Assembly (NCBI GenBank): GCA_048013815.1 | Contig: CM106586.1 | Location: 21,700,001-21,764,000, forward strand | DNA length: 64,000 bases | Reading direction: 5' to 3' | Origin: Setoptus koraiensis | Lineage: Eukaryota > Animalia > Arthropoda | In this document: positions 1 through 12,747 of the stretch, one piece after another | Position numbering within the stretch: position 1 is the stretch's first letter | Layout: each line of letters opens with the position of its first letter | Translations under genes and position numbers: made by a program | The notes under the pieces: generated by a model | Databases searched by the model: none | Told to the model about the DNA's origin: nothing | Seen by the model: the letters and a program-made list of their open reading frames with translations, nothing else

Positions 1-2183
1 CAATTCGGAGGCGAGTCGAACATTGCGCAACATACGAACAATAGTGATTGATAAAAGAAGCGAAAAATGCAATTTATTCTTGCTTGTCGAAAATGACTGC
101 TGAAGAAATTGTGCTCAATATTACAGCAGTGCTACTCTGATACGGCGCCACACACAATTCCTCGTGATGTTGAGATTCGTATGAACGTGCCGTAACTATA
201 ACTAGATCACATCGACGATTGATATTCTCTGCTGTTTGTTGGCCCACACCAACCATTGATACATTGCATTGCGCAACCATTGCAGCACCCATTAGTTGAT
301 TGTAATTATGCAAATTAAGGATGTTGTTCTCACATCATTAACGCCAACGCGTATGATGCAATATCTTGTTAATATCTAACTTGCTGGCTGTGAGGTCATT
401 GAGTGTGTCGGTGTGAGTGAGTGAGTCGATCACGATTCTCACACTTAACGTCGCGCTAACTCACTGAGCCAATACTCACTGGTCAATGGATATTGCGTAA
501 TTGCTCACTATTACCTCGAAGTAACTTCGAATCTTGTTGGCGCTTCTCACACACAACACACACGATGGCAACAAGTGTGCTGGCCAAATTACCTCACACC
601 GCCATCTCGGCCACCATGAATCCGAAAGCGCCCCGTCCAATCCAATCTGGCCAATTATCATTTATCCATTATTTATTATCTCTAGCCCCATACTAGTCTG
701 AGGGTCAGAAATGGTGCCGCTGGTGTCAATACAGACAGATTGGTACCCACTGGTGAGCGAAATCGCGCCAAGGTCAGCGCCAGAAATCCATTCAAATCTA
801 GAACTGGCCAATTCTCGAAGGGCGCTCTGTTGTGCCGATCAAAGTACAAACATCGTTGCTTTTGCAACTGCAAATCATCTGACTGAAATTGAACGCTGTC
901 GCCGTTGTCGTGGTTGTTGGTACGCCAACAGAGCGATCAACTGTCGTCTCGTTTGATTCTATTTCATCACGTTATGCTTGATCAAATTGGATCAACATCA
1001 ACAGTGACATGGCGCGTCCAATCAAGCGGATAAACTCTTATTTTGACGCTTCTGTCGACAGAAGCGTTTGAAAAACAACTGACCACTACTTATGCACCGA
1101 CAATCTCGAACGTCTTTCGGTTTTTGTGTCGCCGCGATGGTCAGCGCAACAAGCAAACAGTGGCTTTGCTGCTCGCTGACCATTTGAATAATCCATTGTT
1201 GCAAACAAAGGCCAACAAGGAGGCCAGCTAACGAACTCACCTATTTCCCCTCTCTGTTTTCATTTGTTGTGTGCTCATGGCTGCACTTCCATTGGCCTAC
1301 TTGCTGCAATTTATCAGTTGCAATTTATCCTCTCTGGGTGCCCGCTAGTGGACACTGTTCTCTCGTGCCACAGACTCTAGGAAACATGTTTAAATTGGCG
1401 TAAAAATTGTATAGGTAAGCGAGCATGTTACAATGAGGCCAGACACTGAATTTGCTTGACCAAATGAAAATAGTTGGCGGACAGGTAAAGAAAAAAGAAC
1501 AGCAACCAACGAATATACAAATGAGCATTCACAGGCTAATTCACAAACAATGATGGCACAAATTTGCAAATTTTGCACAAACACACGACCAGAATAGTAG
1601 TAAAAATGGGGAGAAATTTGAGCCGGCTTGTAGAGCGTAATTGCGTCGCTGTTTGATCACGACAGTTGAATTTAAAATGAATTGGATTATTATTGAATTG
1701 TAAATTGGATCAGGCTCGTCTTTGTGTCCATTCATTTCCACTGACATGGAAATAAATCATAAATGTCCGCTGGCGGCCACTATGGAAATTGGACTACTAT
1801 TCTCGTCACAAAAACGAGCATGTTTTGACACGAAACATCCGACAATAACTCAAATCCAATATCGTCTTTTGCCAATGCATTTTGTGTCCGCCGCGATAGC
1901 TAATTGTTGCCAATTGTTTGCCTTTGCTGTGATTGGCCTAAATTGGCTCGTCTTGTTCTCTTCGACTCAGACCAGTTCGAATGAAAAGGATATTTCATTG
2001 TCCGTGGTGGCACATTCAATCAGTGCACGTCAACAACGGAGCTGGCCCTGTCGAGACTTGTCCAAGTCTCGTTCGACAGCGCACCTTCGAACTGATATAA
2101 CTGGAGTGGTGCCCAGTTGCAAAAAGCCGAAACTAAAGGTGACATCCAATGGTCAGTTTGGCCATGCGAAGAAATGGGACAAA

Positions 2184-2189
<6 letters not shown>

Positions 2190-2225
<36 letters not shown>
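2190..2225. repeat. (GAC)n microsatellite, ~11 units
   Basis: Read directly from the sequence. Confidence 0.95.
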
Positions 2226-2226
<1 letters not shown>

Positions 2227-2487
2227 GTCGACAGCGGCGAAACAGATCGAGTGCGCAACGGCGATTGAGTTACGTCTCCATTCAACTGGTGGTTGTTGTT
2301 TACATGTTTAAGTGATGGAGGCAGAGAGGCGAAAGGAAAATCATTAATATCGCATGACGACTGACCAGTGGTCAACAATATCCGTTTCACTGCTACAGTG
2401 GCAATGGCGGCCGACAACAATGACAACTTGCTTGTGTGAAAGCGAAACTTAAATTGGGTTACAATTGGCTCTCTCGGGGGCGCAACA

Positions 2488-2562
2488 GTTTGGCGTGTCT
2501 CGCGTTTGGCGTGTCTCGCGTTTGGCGTGTCTCGCGTTTGGCGTGTCTCGCGTTTGGCGTGT
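2488..2562. repeat. 16-bp tandem repeat GTTTGGCGTGTCTCGC x4.7
   Basis: Perfect copies. Confidence 0.95.
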
Positions 2563-2805
2563 AAGAGCGGACACTCGGCTGACAGGGTGTGCAAAATATG
2601 AATGGCCAAAGAGCAGTGATATGCTAATCAGGGATCACCATCGATATGGGCCCGTGTTTCACATAAACGTGAACTGTGCGCCAATTCGACTGACCAGCCA
2701 AGTTCTTTTAATCATGATTTGTGACATCCTTGTCGTTGCTGTTGTCGTGGCTGTCCGAACAGGGCCAATTGTGCAGAGGAACTTCCTTCGGACTGATACA
2801 ATTCA

Positions 2806-3072
2806 GTGGTCAGTGTAGCAGCAACACTAAGGGGCCGCGACAGGCCCCAGAGAGAATATCGAGAAAGAATATCGTTAATGAATGTGTTGCATAAGCAAAC
2901 ACTGGTGCACGACGCCAAAGGTGACCGGTGGCCGAAAATCGAGCCCAATAAAGATGATAATATATTTCAAGAAAATCTATATAAAGAATTTGGGCGCACG
3001 AAAACTTTCGCCCTCACCTGCGCTCTTGCGCGATGTTTATTGGCGGTGCTCATTGGAGTAACTGCAACAATC
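2806..3072 (+). CDS. Candidate exon of an unidentified (possibly membrane) protein
   Basis: Non-repetitive open frame ending ...DNIFQENLYKEFGRTKTFALTCALARCLLAVLIGVTATI, followed by a GTATGA donor-like site. Other donor-like sites at 1415 and 1485 suggest a fragmented gene in 1-3100 that I could not assemble. Confidence 0.3.
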
Positions 3073-5066
3073 GTATGATATAGGCCTCTATGTCTATATT
3101 TATCCTCCACGGAATCAGCTGTCCTGTGGGCCGCTGGCCAGTGTGCACAGTGGCTGCTGTTTGACACGCGCTAACCTGTCACAAAACTGACCAAGCGGCT
3201 GCCCGCTGCTTGATGGCACTTTGGCCAAATCCGGCGCGGCCCAACGATGGCATGGTATTGCGCCATTATTGTGCTGGTTATAACTGCCGAAATTGGCCTC
3301 TTCCTGTCTGCTCCTTTTGCACGTGTACGTTTGTCGCAATTGGAATGGTGCCCAATGTGAGGCTGACGACGTCGTGCCACCAGCTCGTATCGCTCTCCTC
3401 TGGCTGCCTGCTGGGTGGTTGTTGCTGGCCGGCGATTGTCGGCCGCTCTAATGGGGCCTCGTTTGGTTTGTTTGCAGGTGGGCAAAAGCCGGAATGCTAC
3501 ATTGTTGGCAGCAGCGCGTGGCAACTGGTACTGGCCGGCACGAGCTGCTTGGCGTGATTTATCAGGCTCGGGTTTGGCCTGCATTAGCCAATGCTTGCCC
3601 ATATACGAGCCAGGCCGGTGGGCGATTGTCATTAGATTGTTTATGCGGGCGAGAAACAATGAGCGATCTCATGACTCATTAGTAATGACTCATCAGTAAC
3701 GACTCATCAGTAACGAGCCAACTGACCACTGACAAAGCGCTCGAATGCGTAATTCAATGAGGCAACAGTGGCTCACAATGGTGAGATTATTGCCAAGTGG
3801 CAGCCACCCAAGCGACCCTAATTACAGTGCCGTATTGTGGCTTGTCGCTGTTGCTGTCGCTGTTGTTGTTGCGACCAGATTGCGTGTAATCAGCTGACTA
3901 CCTGTAATTATGCGAGTGGCAACATGCGAGTGTTGGCGCATTGTTGTCTTTTTGTGCTGGTTGCAAATCAGCGCAAAACAGTAACAAAAACTTGCCGGCA
4001 GTCGCGGGCTGTATACAAGAAATTGTAATAAACAAATTATTGCAATTTTTTGATTTGCATTGATTGTCTTAATTGACGGTTGGCGGCACATCAATCTCAA
4101 GCGAATGGCCGCTCAATATTGCCCATATTGACTTCGTTGTGCCGCCAAACGAAACGCCACGAGCAGCCGCCAGCAGCCACGAGCGGCAACACCCTGTGCT
4201 TGTCCATCAATTTGGCACGTACCCGCTGACCACCGACTGGTGCCACCGATCACCTGTCATGCATTAACTGTTCAATTATTGACTGGTTGCATGATTCTCG
4301 TGCTCGGCACCGCTGCACGTGCTGCACGTGCTGCTGGCTGTGCCGAGCGAACATGCTGGAATAAATGGACAGAATATTCAGTATAAGATATTGAGTCGGA
4401 TTCAAGGATTGGGCGCTTGCAGCAAGCGGCACAGCGAACTTCTTTTGGCTCTTCAACTGGTCAAAACGAAAGGCCACAGAGACTGGAAAAAACGGACAGT
4501 TTCATGCAAGGTGTACGAGCGGATCAATTGGCAACGAGCACCGAACAATGGCACCAGTAACCGCCTCTCGAGTCGACAATCTCGACTCGGGATTCTCGAG
4601 TGCCAATAGCAGTTTGTGAGTGAAAACTTTGCCGCTCGCAGGTAACCAATTGTGCTGTGTCTGATCTTTATCTGTAACTCTTTGCCTTCTTCATGTGATT
4701 AACTGGTGGCTTGTGAGTCAGGAGTAAGAGTTTTATGTTATGGCAGCTCAACAGTTGGCTCAATCTTAATCAGTTCAGTCCAATTATCTTGGCCCAATTG
4801 TTGCTTGTCATTGCAACGAACACCAACAACTGTCTTGAGTGTAATTATCTATCTGGTATCGTTAGTGAATTTAACGGAGCAGCCAACTGACCGATAACAA
4901 CGTCTATCAATTAACGGGCAAGTTCGAGTTGCCATTAGTTGGCTTTGTTTTCGCTCGCGTTCATGTCGGACAATTCATGTATTTGTGTTTATTTGCGATT
5001 TGATTCCGACGAGTCGCCATTGGGGCTGCCATCTGAAGTGGGTGCCAATCAAACGAGCGAGCCAAC

Positions 5067-5152
5067 GCTCAATTTGCGAGGCTCAATTTGCGAGGCTCAA
5101 TTTGCGAGGCTCATTGTGAGAGGCTCATTGTGAGAGGCTCATTGTGAGAGGC
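5067..5152. repeat. 14-bp tandem repeat with two unit variants (GGCTCAATTTGCGA x3, then GGCTCATTGTGAGA x3)
   Basis: Read directly from the sequence. Confidence 0.9.
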
Positions 5153-8100
5153 GGTTCTGCGGCGCATCGACTTATTGATTGGCGATGATACCGATAATGC
5201 AACTCGCCAATTTGAGCAGCAATCGTTCAATTGCCGCTCGAAACTGTCGATAGTCGAGACAGCCCAAATGCGCCCAAATCGTTAATTCGGGCTCCGCGGG
5301 CCCGAGTTAACGACGAGTCACCGGCGGCCAAGTGGGCCGAGCGGCCCAAGAAGCTCGCCCAGAGGCACCGGCCGGCAACGCAAGAGGGCGTCCCCGTCCA
5401 CTATCAATTTTCATGAAACGGGCATTTTCAGTGAAAATTTTTCAGTGAGTTGAGTGAATTTTCACTGAAACGGATTGCTCGATTTTATCGTCGGATATTG
5501 CAGCAGACGAGCTGCTGTGGCACGAGACAGCAAAGGGTGCAAGCAGTGATACTGTTTTAATTTTTAATTTTAATGGTCGTTAAGTGGGTGTCGAGCAGCA
5601 AAAGTATTGGCACTGTCGGCCTTGTGATTCGGGTTTGCAGCGGGACAAGGAGACAGCGAGAACGAGCGAAAACTTGATTGGTGTTCCGTTTGAAACATCG
5701 ACGCCATTATCGCCATTATCGTTGCCGGTGGTACTCGGGCAGCGCTCGCAAATTGCACTCAAGTGCGCGCTGCAAATTTCAATGGTTAAATGGTTGATTA
5801 ATGATCCGAAATCAATAGCTTGCTGAGCTGCATTAATTAATGATTGATTGTTTGCGCGCTCACCGGCCCTCGCTACAACTGCTACACTGCCCATTGTACA
5901 AGTGCGCCGATGCTGCGGCCAAAGATGCGCAAATTTGCAAAATGCGAATTGCAAAATGTGAATCGCAAAATGTGAATCGCAAAATGTGAATAAAATGGAA
6001 AAAAAATGAATAATGAAAGCGCCGTGTTACAGAGTTGCAGAGTTTGCGAATATCTCAGCTCTGAACCACTTAATCGGGCGCCGATGCTGCGAGCGGGTGT
6101 CGCGCATTTTGTCATTGTCGATTGTGCGATCTAGAGGGGCCCGGTCACTCGCAGACTTCCAGTCCAAGTCGATATAAAGCGGCTAGCGATGGGTGGTATC
6201 TTTGTTCCGTTTGGTTCAGTTCCGTTCCGTTTCGTTTCGCTTTGTTTTGTTCCGTTTCGAGGCGACGCTAACGACGGCCGCGAGCAGCGACATTGGCCAG
6301 CAATGTATCATTGGCATCCGCTTGCAATTTGTTTTTGTTGTTGTCACTCGATAGAAACAGGCAAAGGATTGAGGATCGCGGAGGGACGATCGGACAGATT
6401 AAAACACAGTTAAAAGCCAGTGAGAGCAACTTGCCGCTAGGTGGACCCCCGAGGTGAGTGGCCGCACTTCATCATCGTGGCATCATCATGGCATTATCAT
6501 GGCATTATCACCGTGTTATCATGGTATTATCATCGTTTTATCCCCGTGTCGTGAGCATTGTCTTTGTCTTGCTGTGGCCCATTGCTACTGTTTGCCATTA
6601 TCCGTTCTCATTTGTGCGTTTGTTGCTCCTTGAGAGCGATCGTTGTTGCCACAAACTTTGCTTTGTTTGTAAACGACGCCCGTTTACAAACAAAGCAAAA
6701 CCAAGTGACTCTCGACTCACTGCTCACTTGTAATCAATTCCGATGGCCGTGATACTGGTCAAATATTTTGCTAAAACATTCCACGTGACATGTCCAATTA
6801 ACACCTGAATTATTCAGGCCAATGCAGCCACCATTGAGCCATGGCACCGCTGGCACCGGTAGCCAGATGAAATGAATGAATGAATGATGAAACGTTGATA
6901 AACAATGACAATGGCCGCTGTTGTCCACTTGTTGCCTCGGGCCAATCGTCTGCCGCTGGCATGGGTGCCATTTGACTCAAATGATTTGAGTGAGTGTGCG
7001 CACGTGTGACACGTACAGCCTGTCTGCGCGCCAGATATTTACATATCTGGCTGCACATGCTCGCCGGCATTGACAAAAAATTGTGAGAACAACAGCGACA
7101 ATATGCACATTTGGTGGCACACTTTTGGCAGCACGGGACACTTCGGACTCACTTTGGAGTTTGGACTGAGAGAAGTTTGCAAAGTTTGGCGCAGTCGTTG
7201 GTGCCAGAGTGCCGACGCAGCCCGTGATTGCGACAGATTAAAATCACATAAAAATACCGTGTTGTCACCTGAGCACACGATAATAACCTAATCTGTCGTA
7301 ACTGGCGCTATTTGGGCCCCCTTCCATATACCTGTGCATACATATTTGCATATATGTGCGCGTGTATGTCGCGTTTGTGTGCATGTCGGCACGCGCAAAT
7401 GATAGCTTGCGGCCGGCCGAACTGCGCACCGATCAAACTGCAAGTGCCAAAATGATCAACAAAAACGGCCACTAGGTGCGAATTAAATAATCATTAAGCT
7501 CTGCAACTTGACCACTGGTCGAGCTGTGAGTGGTCAGCGGGTAACAGTGAGTGTCAAGTTGATGATTCAGATGATTTCAGACGTTGTTGTGGCTCAATTT
7601 TGTGGCCGCAATTTCAAATTGATGCACAATGGCAACACGTATATACATGACATGCGCGAGTATTGCCAGTACGTGCAAAGTGGCAAAGCTCCAATTGGCA
7701 ATTGTTGCAACTCGTGTACTCACCACAACGCCAGACAGCGAGACACAATTATTATTATAATTATTATTATTGGTGTTTTAATTCATTTTTAAACCGCGCT
7801 CGGCCTCATGGTTGCGCCGACCACTCTCAGCTGACTGTCATCGGGCCCTAGGCGGAGAAAAGGCTGACGATATAAACTGACAGTGGACGGCGGTCGCTCA
7901 AAACTGACACTTGCTCACAGTCAAAATTCAATTGTTTGTTTGTTTACCTGTTGGCTGTGGCACCACAACGAGACACAGCCAGATGAGCGCAAAGATGAGC
8001 ACGCGAGAAGATGAAAAGCCGAGAAGATGAAAAGCGATGATTAGACAGCCACTGCAGAGGTCATCAACGTGACCCCTGGCCAGCCGCAACATCACCTACA

Positions 8101-9695
8101 GTGCTGATGGCCGGCACCGCAACTGCCGCAACTGACCACTGGTCAAGCGGTCATAGCGGTTGAAATGATGAATCATTTTTGCTGTGCCGTTATTGTGCAT
8201 CACACATAACACATACAACGGACAGACAAGAGATCGCACAGCGCCGGCAACAATTCTGAGACAATCTTATGCAACGTCGCTCTGTCAGCGATTCAATGCT
8301 GCTGTCCAATTGTGCCATCTGAAGTGTGTGCCTAATCAGCGCCAAACGATCTAATTAGTTGCAAATGAGAGCCCGCTCAAAACGGCTCACCGTTACAGTA
8401 TAAATCATAATGCGAATTCAGTTGACAATTGTTTTGGTTTGTTGGTTGGTTGCAGCGGCCGCTTGGCGTGTCACTGTTTGGCCGACTAGTTGTGTCTGTT
8501 GTTATATAACGCTGCTGCTGCTGCGGCCCGTTACTCGCAACGTCGTCAGCAACAGGCGCGCAGTTATATTGTTATATAACAGCACTCAACAACGCATGAC
8601 ATATCGTTTATAGTCGAGGAAACGCGTCGCTTTATTGCATAATCATCTCTCATGCATCTCTTATGCGTCTCATTAAATGTGTTGCATCAGCATCAGTTGT
8701 TGTTGTTATCATTGCGTCATCATATAGGCGCCCTGTTGTTATTCATTTGAATTCATTTTGTTTGTGTGTACAAAAACCAACGATACAAATGCAAATACAA
8801 ATGAAAATGGCGATATAAGTGGCGCCATTATTCATTGCGTCACCCGTGTCGCGCCGTCCGCTCCGGTCAAGCGTGCACAGATTGCACAGATATGCCGACC
8901 AGTCTAGCTGAGCTAGCCATACGCCAGGCATACACTGTACTGTATCTGTGCAATCTCTTGGCACATGTGCCACCTGTGAGCCGCTACCAAGCAAAGCGTC
9001 AGTTATTCAGCGATTGTCAACTGTCAGAATGAAACAATTATTGCATTCACTTTAATTTGTTGCGCATCTGCACGTACCGCGTATCAAAATACGCAACGTG
9101 TGCAACATGACAATATCCTATATGCGCGCAAGCAGCAATGGGCACGAGCTCACCGGTCGTTGTCACACTGGCCAGCGGTCAGTCTGATGAGCGGCCATCC
9201 ATCTTGTCGTGCGTCTATTGTTGCCGGCCGGCATTCAAATGGGCATTGTTGGCGCAACAAGTCGTCACAACAACAACAACAGCGACAACGCCAACAACAA
9301 ACAACACGACAGCACAACGTGCCGCTCGGCGCAGCGCACAGTGCGCTGGAATGGCCCCAAGTAACGGTTCGTGTCGTCTGTTTGTTGGCACAACGGCGTC
9401 CACCCACGCCATTAAGTGCGCCGTTATATCGGTATGCCGTGTTGCATTATCATGTCACTGTATCATGTCATTGTGTCGTTGTGTCGTTGCAGCGTGTTGT
9501 TGCAGCGTGTTGTTGTGTCGACTGCGACCACGGTCCATTGTCAGTTGGCATTTGCGCATTGTCGGACATAGCGCACAACAAATGGCGCATAGTGGCGCAC
9601 AGTGCGCAGTTGAACAACAAATAATCGCCTCCAATTAGCTGCACATTAGTTACATGATAATTCGGGGTGACACGACTGCACCGGCCTCACTGCTG

Positions 9696-9812
9696 CAACT
9701 GCCAACAGCAACTGCCAAAAGAAACTGCCAACAGCAACTGCCAACAGCAACTGCCAACAGCAACTGCCAATAGAAACTGCCAATAGAAACTGCCAAAAGA
9801 AACTGCAAACTG
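9696..9812. repeat. 13-bp tandem repeat AACTGCCAACAGC, ~8 imperfect copies
   Basis: Read directly from the sequence. Confidence 0.9.
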
Positions 9813-10822
9813 CGAACGGCGCGACACTGGGCCGATAATTGCCTGTCGCTGGTGTTTATATTGTCGAATGCGATATTAATGAGCAACGCGACACATTGCG
9901 ACTGTCACACCAAACTAACGGGCCCCAAACTAGCCAGTGTGTCAATGCTGTGACTGGTCGTTCGCTAGACGACGCGAGCTGACACGAGCATCGTTGGCCG
10001 CTCGTAACGGCAAATCAAGCGTGCTCGCTCGTCATGTAAATGAGCAATCATAATCACAATGGGCCCCAACACACACAGTTGTCAGTGGCGCCCCTCGTCG
10101 GCCATTTTCCGCTTGACGTGGTCGGCCCGGGTTCAGGAACTGGCCCGTTCCGTCGCCCCTCTCTAACCCGTGTCACGGGTCGTCGCAAGCCACCGGCGTA
10201 CCCGATCGAATAACGGTACAACTGCGCAAAGGCATAGCTGCGCAAAGGTGTAGCCTCATAGAGGCCGTGCAAAAAAGATAACGGCCGCGGGCCGAAAGGA
10301 GACGCCACAATCGCCGGCTCGAAATCAGCGAAATCAGCGGAATCAGCGAAATCAGCGGACCGGACAGGGCCCGAAGGCGGCATAATCAAACTGCAATATA
10401 TCCATCACCAGATCACCGTAATTCTCTCTGTATATGTGCGCATATATCACAATATATCACAGCACGCTGCATCGAAATCGTTCATGCCCTCACAATCCTT
10501 GTCAATCTGGCCGGCCGATCAGCTGTGCGACATGTCAATCTAGTCACTAGATTCTAGTGTCGTCATGTTCAGATGTTTCACTAACATTAACAACAAGTAA
10601 GATTCCATTTGTGAGATTCGAGCGGCCGCCAGAAGCCGTTCGCGACAATTCTTTTAGCGGCAATTCTTTCGCCATAAATGCCACCAGTTGATGTGTTGCG
10701 ATTTCGACCGGAAATTTTCGAATCGCCGTACGATATCGCGCGCATCAATATTCGCCCACGAGCGCGCCTGCTGACCAAAGTAACTGCGCGAGATTTTAGT
10801 TGCGAGACTGCACGCGCGGGGG

Positions 10823-10879
10823 CAACTCGACAACTCGACAACTCGACAACTCGAAAACTCGACAGCTTGACAACTCGAT
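10823..10879. repeat. 8-bp tandem repeat CAACTCGA, ~7 copies
   Basis: Read directly from the sequence. Confidence 0.9.
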
Positions 10880-12311
10880 ATTTAGGGGCCCGGAGAAGAA
10901 CGCCCTGCAGTGTGCAGACAGATGAGCGCAGCGGATAAGACTGTAAAGGATTGACAACGGTGAGTTCGGCTCAATGAATGAACGTGCCACCTCTAGTGCA
11001 ATCCGCAAACTGCTCTCTCAATTGCAATTGTGTCGCACGGTGTGACATTGGGTCCGATCGAGCGGATAAGGCCGACCGTTATATGAAGCGCACTAATGGT
11101 CACAAAATGAAGTCGGCAGCCAACAGCGATCGAGTAGGTGAAACAAGCACGAGCGGCGTTATCTGGCAGAATCTGGCATCTTGACGCGCCACTGTGAAAC
11201 AAGCTTCCGTTGCCTGATCATGTGACGGTGGGGCTATTATCGTCGCTATTATCAGCTGAATGATCCGCCGGCTGCCAACAATCCGGCGAAAACAGGCACC
11301 GATCGACGGGCGACAGTGACTTTTAGGGCAACTCTTTAATTATTATTATCTGTTTGCGTTATCTCCCGAAATCGATTGACCACTGTCGATGGATAGATAA
11401 TAACAATATCTGAGGCTTGAGTGCGTGGCCGAACTGCAATCAGCGCCACCGTTGCCGCAATCAAATGGCCGTTCGCTGACCACTGGCCACTGGCCACTGG
11501 CCGATACGCCGGCCGTCAGCGGTGGGCAAGTGGCCCAAGTGTGACCAATGCGCGCTTCATTAGGGGGCCTCGCCCACTGTTTGTGACTCGGATATTTGGC
11601 GATATTCGACACACAGACACAGAGACAATTGACAAAATTGATTAAAATTGTTGCCCGGCACCGGCGAGGGAGTGAGCCGTTGCAACAATGCAACGGAACA
11701 AACAAACAATTGATGAACAAACAAACGGACAACGCTACCCGTCGTAAACATTGTGCGGCACGCCCACGCAAAGCTCGCTGTCAACGGGTCGCTCGGGCCG
11801 TCACTGGCAGCGTGCCGCGCGACATGCCAAACCGTTACATCGTAGTTATATACCGTTATAGGCCGCCGTGAGCTTGCTATTTTGGTTTGTTTCGCTTGTT
11901 ATTATTATTTACAACTGGCCGGCGCTGCGGTTGCCAATTTAATCAGTTTGGGTTTGCTGGCCGCAAGTCGCGGGGTGTGTCTAATTAAGTGCAGCGAGCC
12001 TCGAGACGGCCACTTAACGAGCACGAGTCACGTGTTGCGGCCACCCGAAGCCGCAACTGACTCAACTGACTCATCTGACAACTATCAGCTGTTGATTGAT
12101 TTGGCCCGAATTCGGTCGAGGTTTTGCTAGAATTTGGCCGCTTGGGCAGTGGCAAACGTGCAAATGAGAAATCGCCACAACACAAGCTGACAGATACTGC
12201 CTAACTTGGCAACGGTTAACAATTGCGAGTTAACAAACGGTAGCCACACTCCAACTGCAACAAACAACATATAATATATTAGATTCATCCACATCTATGC
12301 ACACTGTATCT

Positions 12312-12348
12312 TTCGAAGTTCGAATAGAATATCCATTCGAACTTCGAA
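12312..12348. repeat. Perfect 14-bp inverted repeat with 9-nt spacer
   Basis: TTCGAAGTTCGAAT-agaatatcc-ATTCGAACTTCGAA. Confidence 0.95.
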
Positions 12349-12689
12349 GCCGTCTGACCATGGTCCGAAGTGTAATTAATAATATTTCGGCCGTCGGCCA
12401 GGTGAGCTAGCCTTTGTTTGCTGGCGCGCGTTGTCTCTGTTGAGCGCACTCTGTTGTGCTACCTGTAATAACGGTGGTGACTTTAATTGTCGCCCATTCT
12501 CTAACTGCGCTAACTGCGCCAAATCGACGGGCCGACAGTCGATCGTTTTGCGATCGATCGACCGGCAATTGAGCGCAGTGCCGATTGGCCCACTGGCACG
12601 AACCGGCAACAATGGACGCGGCCAACAATCGGCCACCAAGGACGCCGGCGAACCACTTGAGCCGCACCGACACAAGCCAGCAGAAACCG

Positions 12690-12747
12690 ACAGAAATCGT
12701 CAGAAATCAACAGAAATCAACAGAAATCGTCAGAAATCAACAGAAAA
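12690..12747. repeat. 10-bp tandem repeat CAGAAATC(GT/AA), ~6 copies
   Basis: Read directly from the sequence. Confidence 0.9.

Noticed and set aside
1-2340. Several protein-like peptides and splice-like signals on both strands
   Set aside because: No consistent strand, frame or recognisable domain, so no gene model is reported.
8410-8613. ATG ORF with a signal-peptide-like start (MRIQLTIVLVCWLVAAAA)
   Set aside because: GT-rich sequence here routinely yields hydrophobic peptides; no plausible mature domain follows.
10522-10556. Minus-strand TGACTAGATTGACATG resembling miR-279/996
   Set aside because: It sits in a palindrome with a 1-nt loop and cannot form a pre-miRNA hairpin with a star arm.
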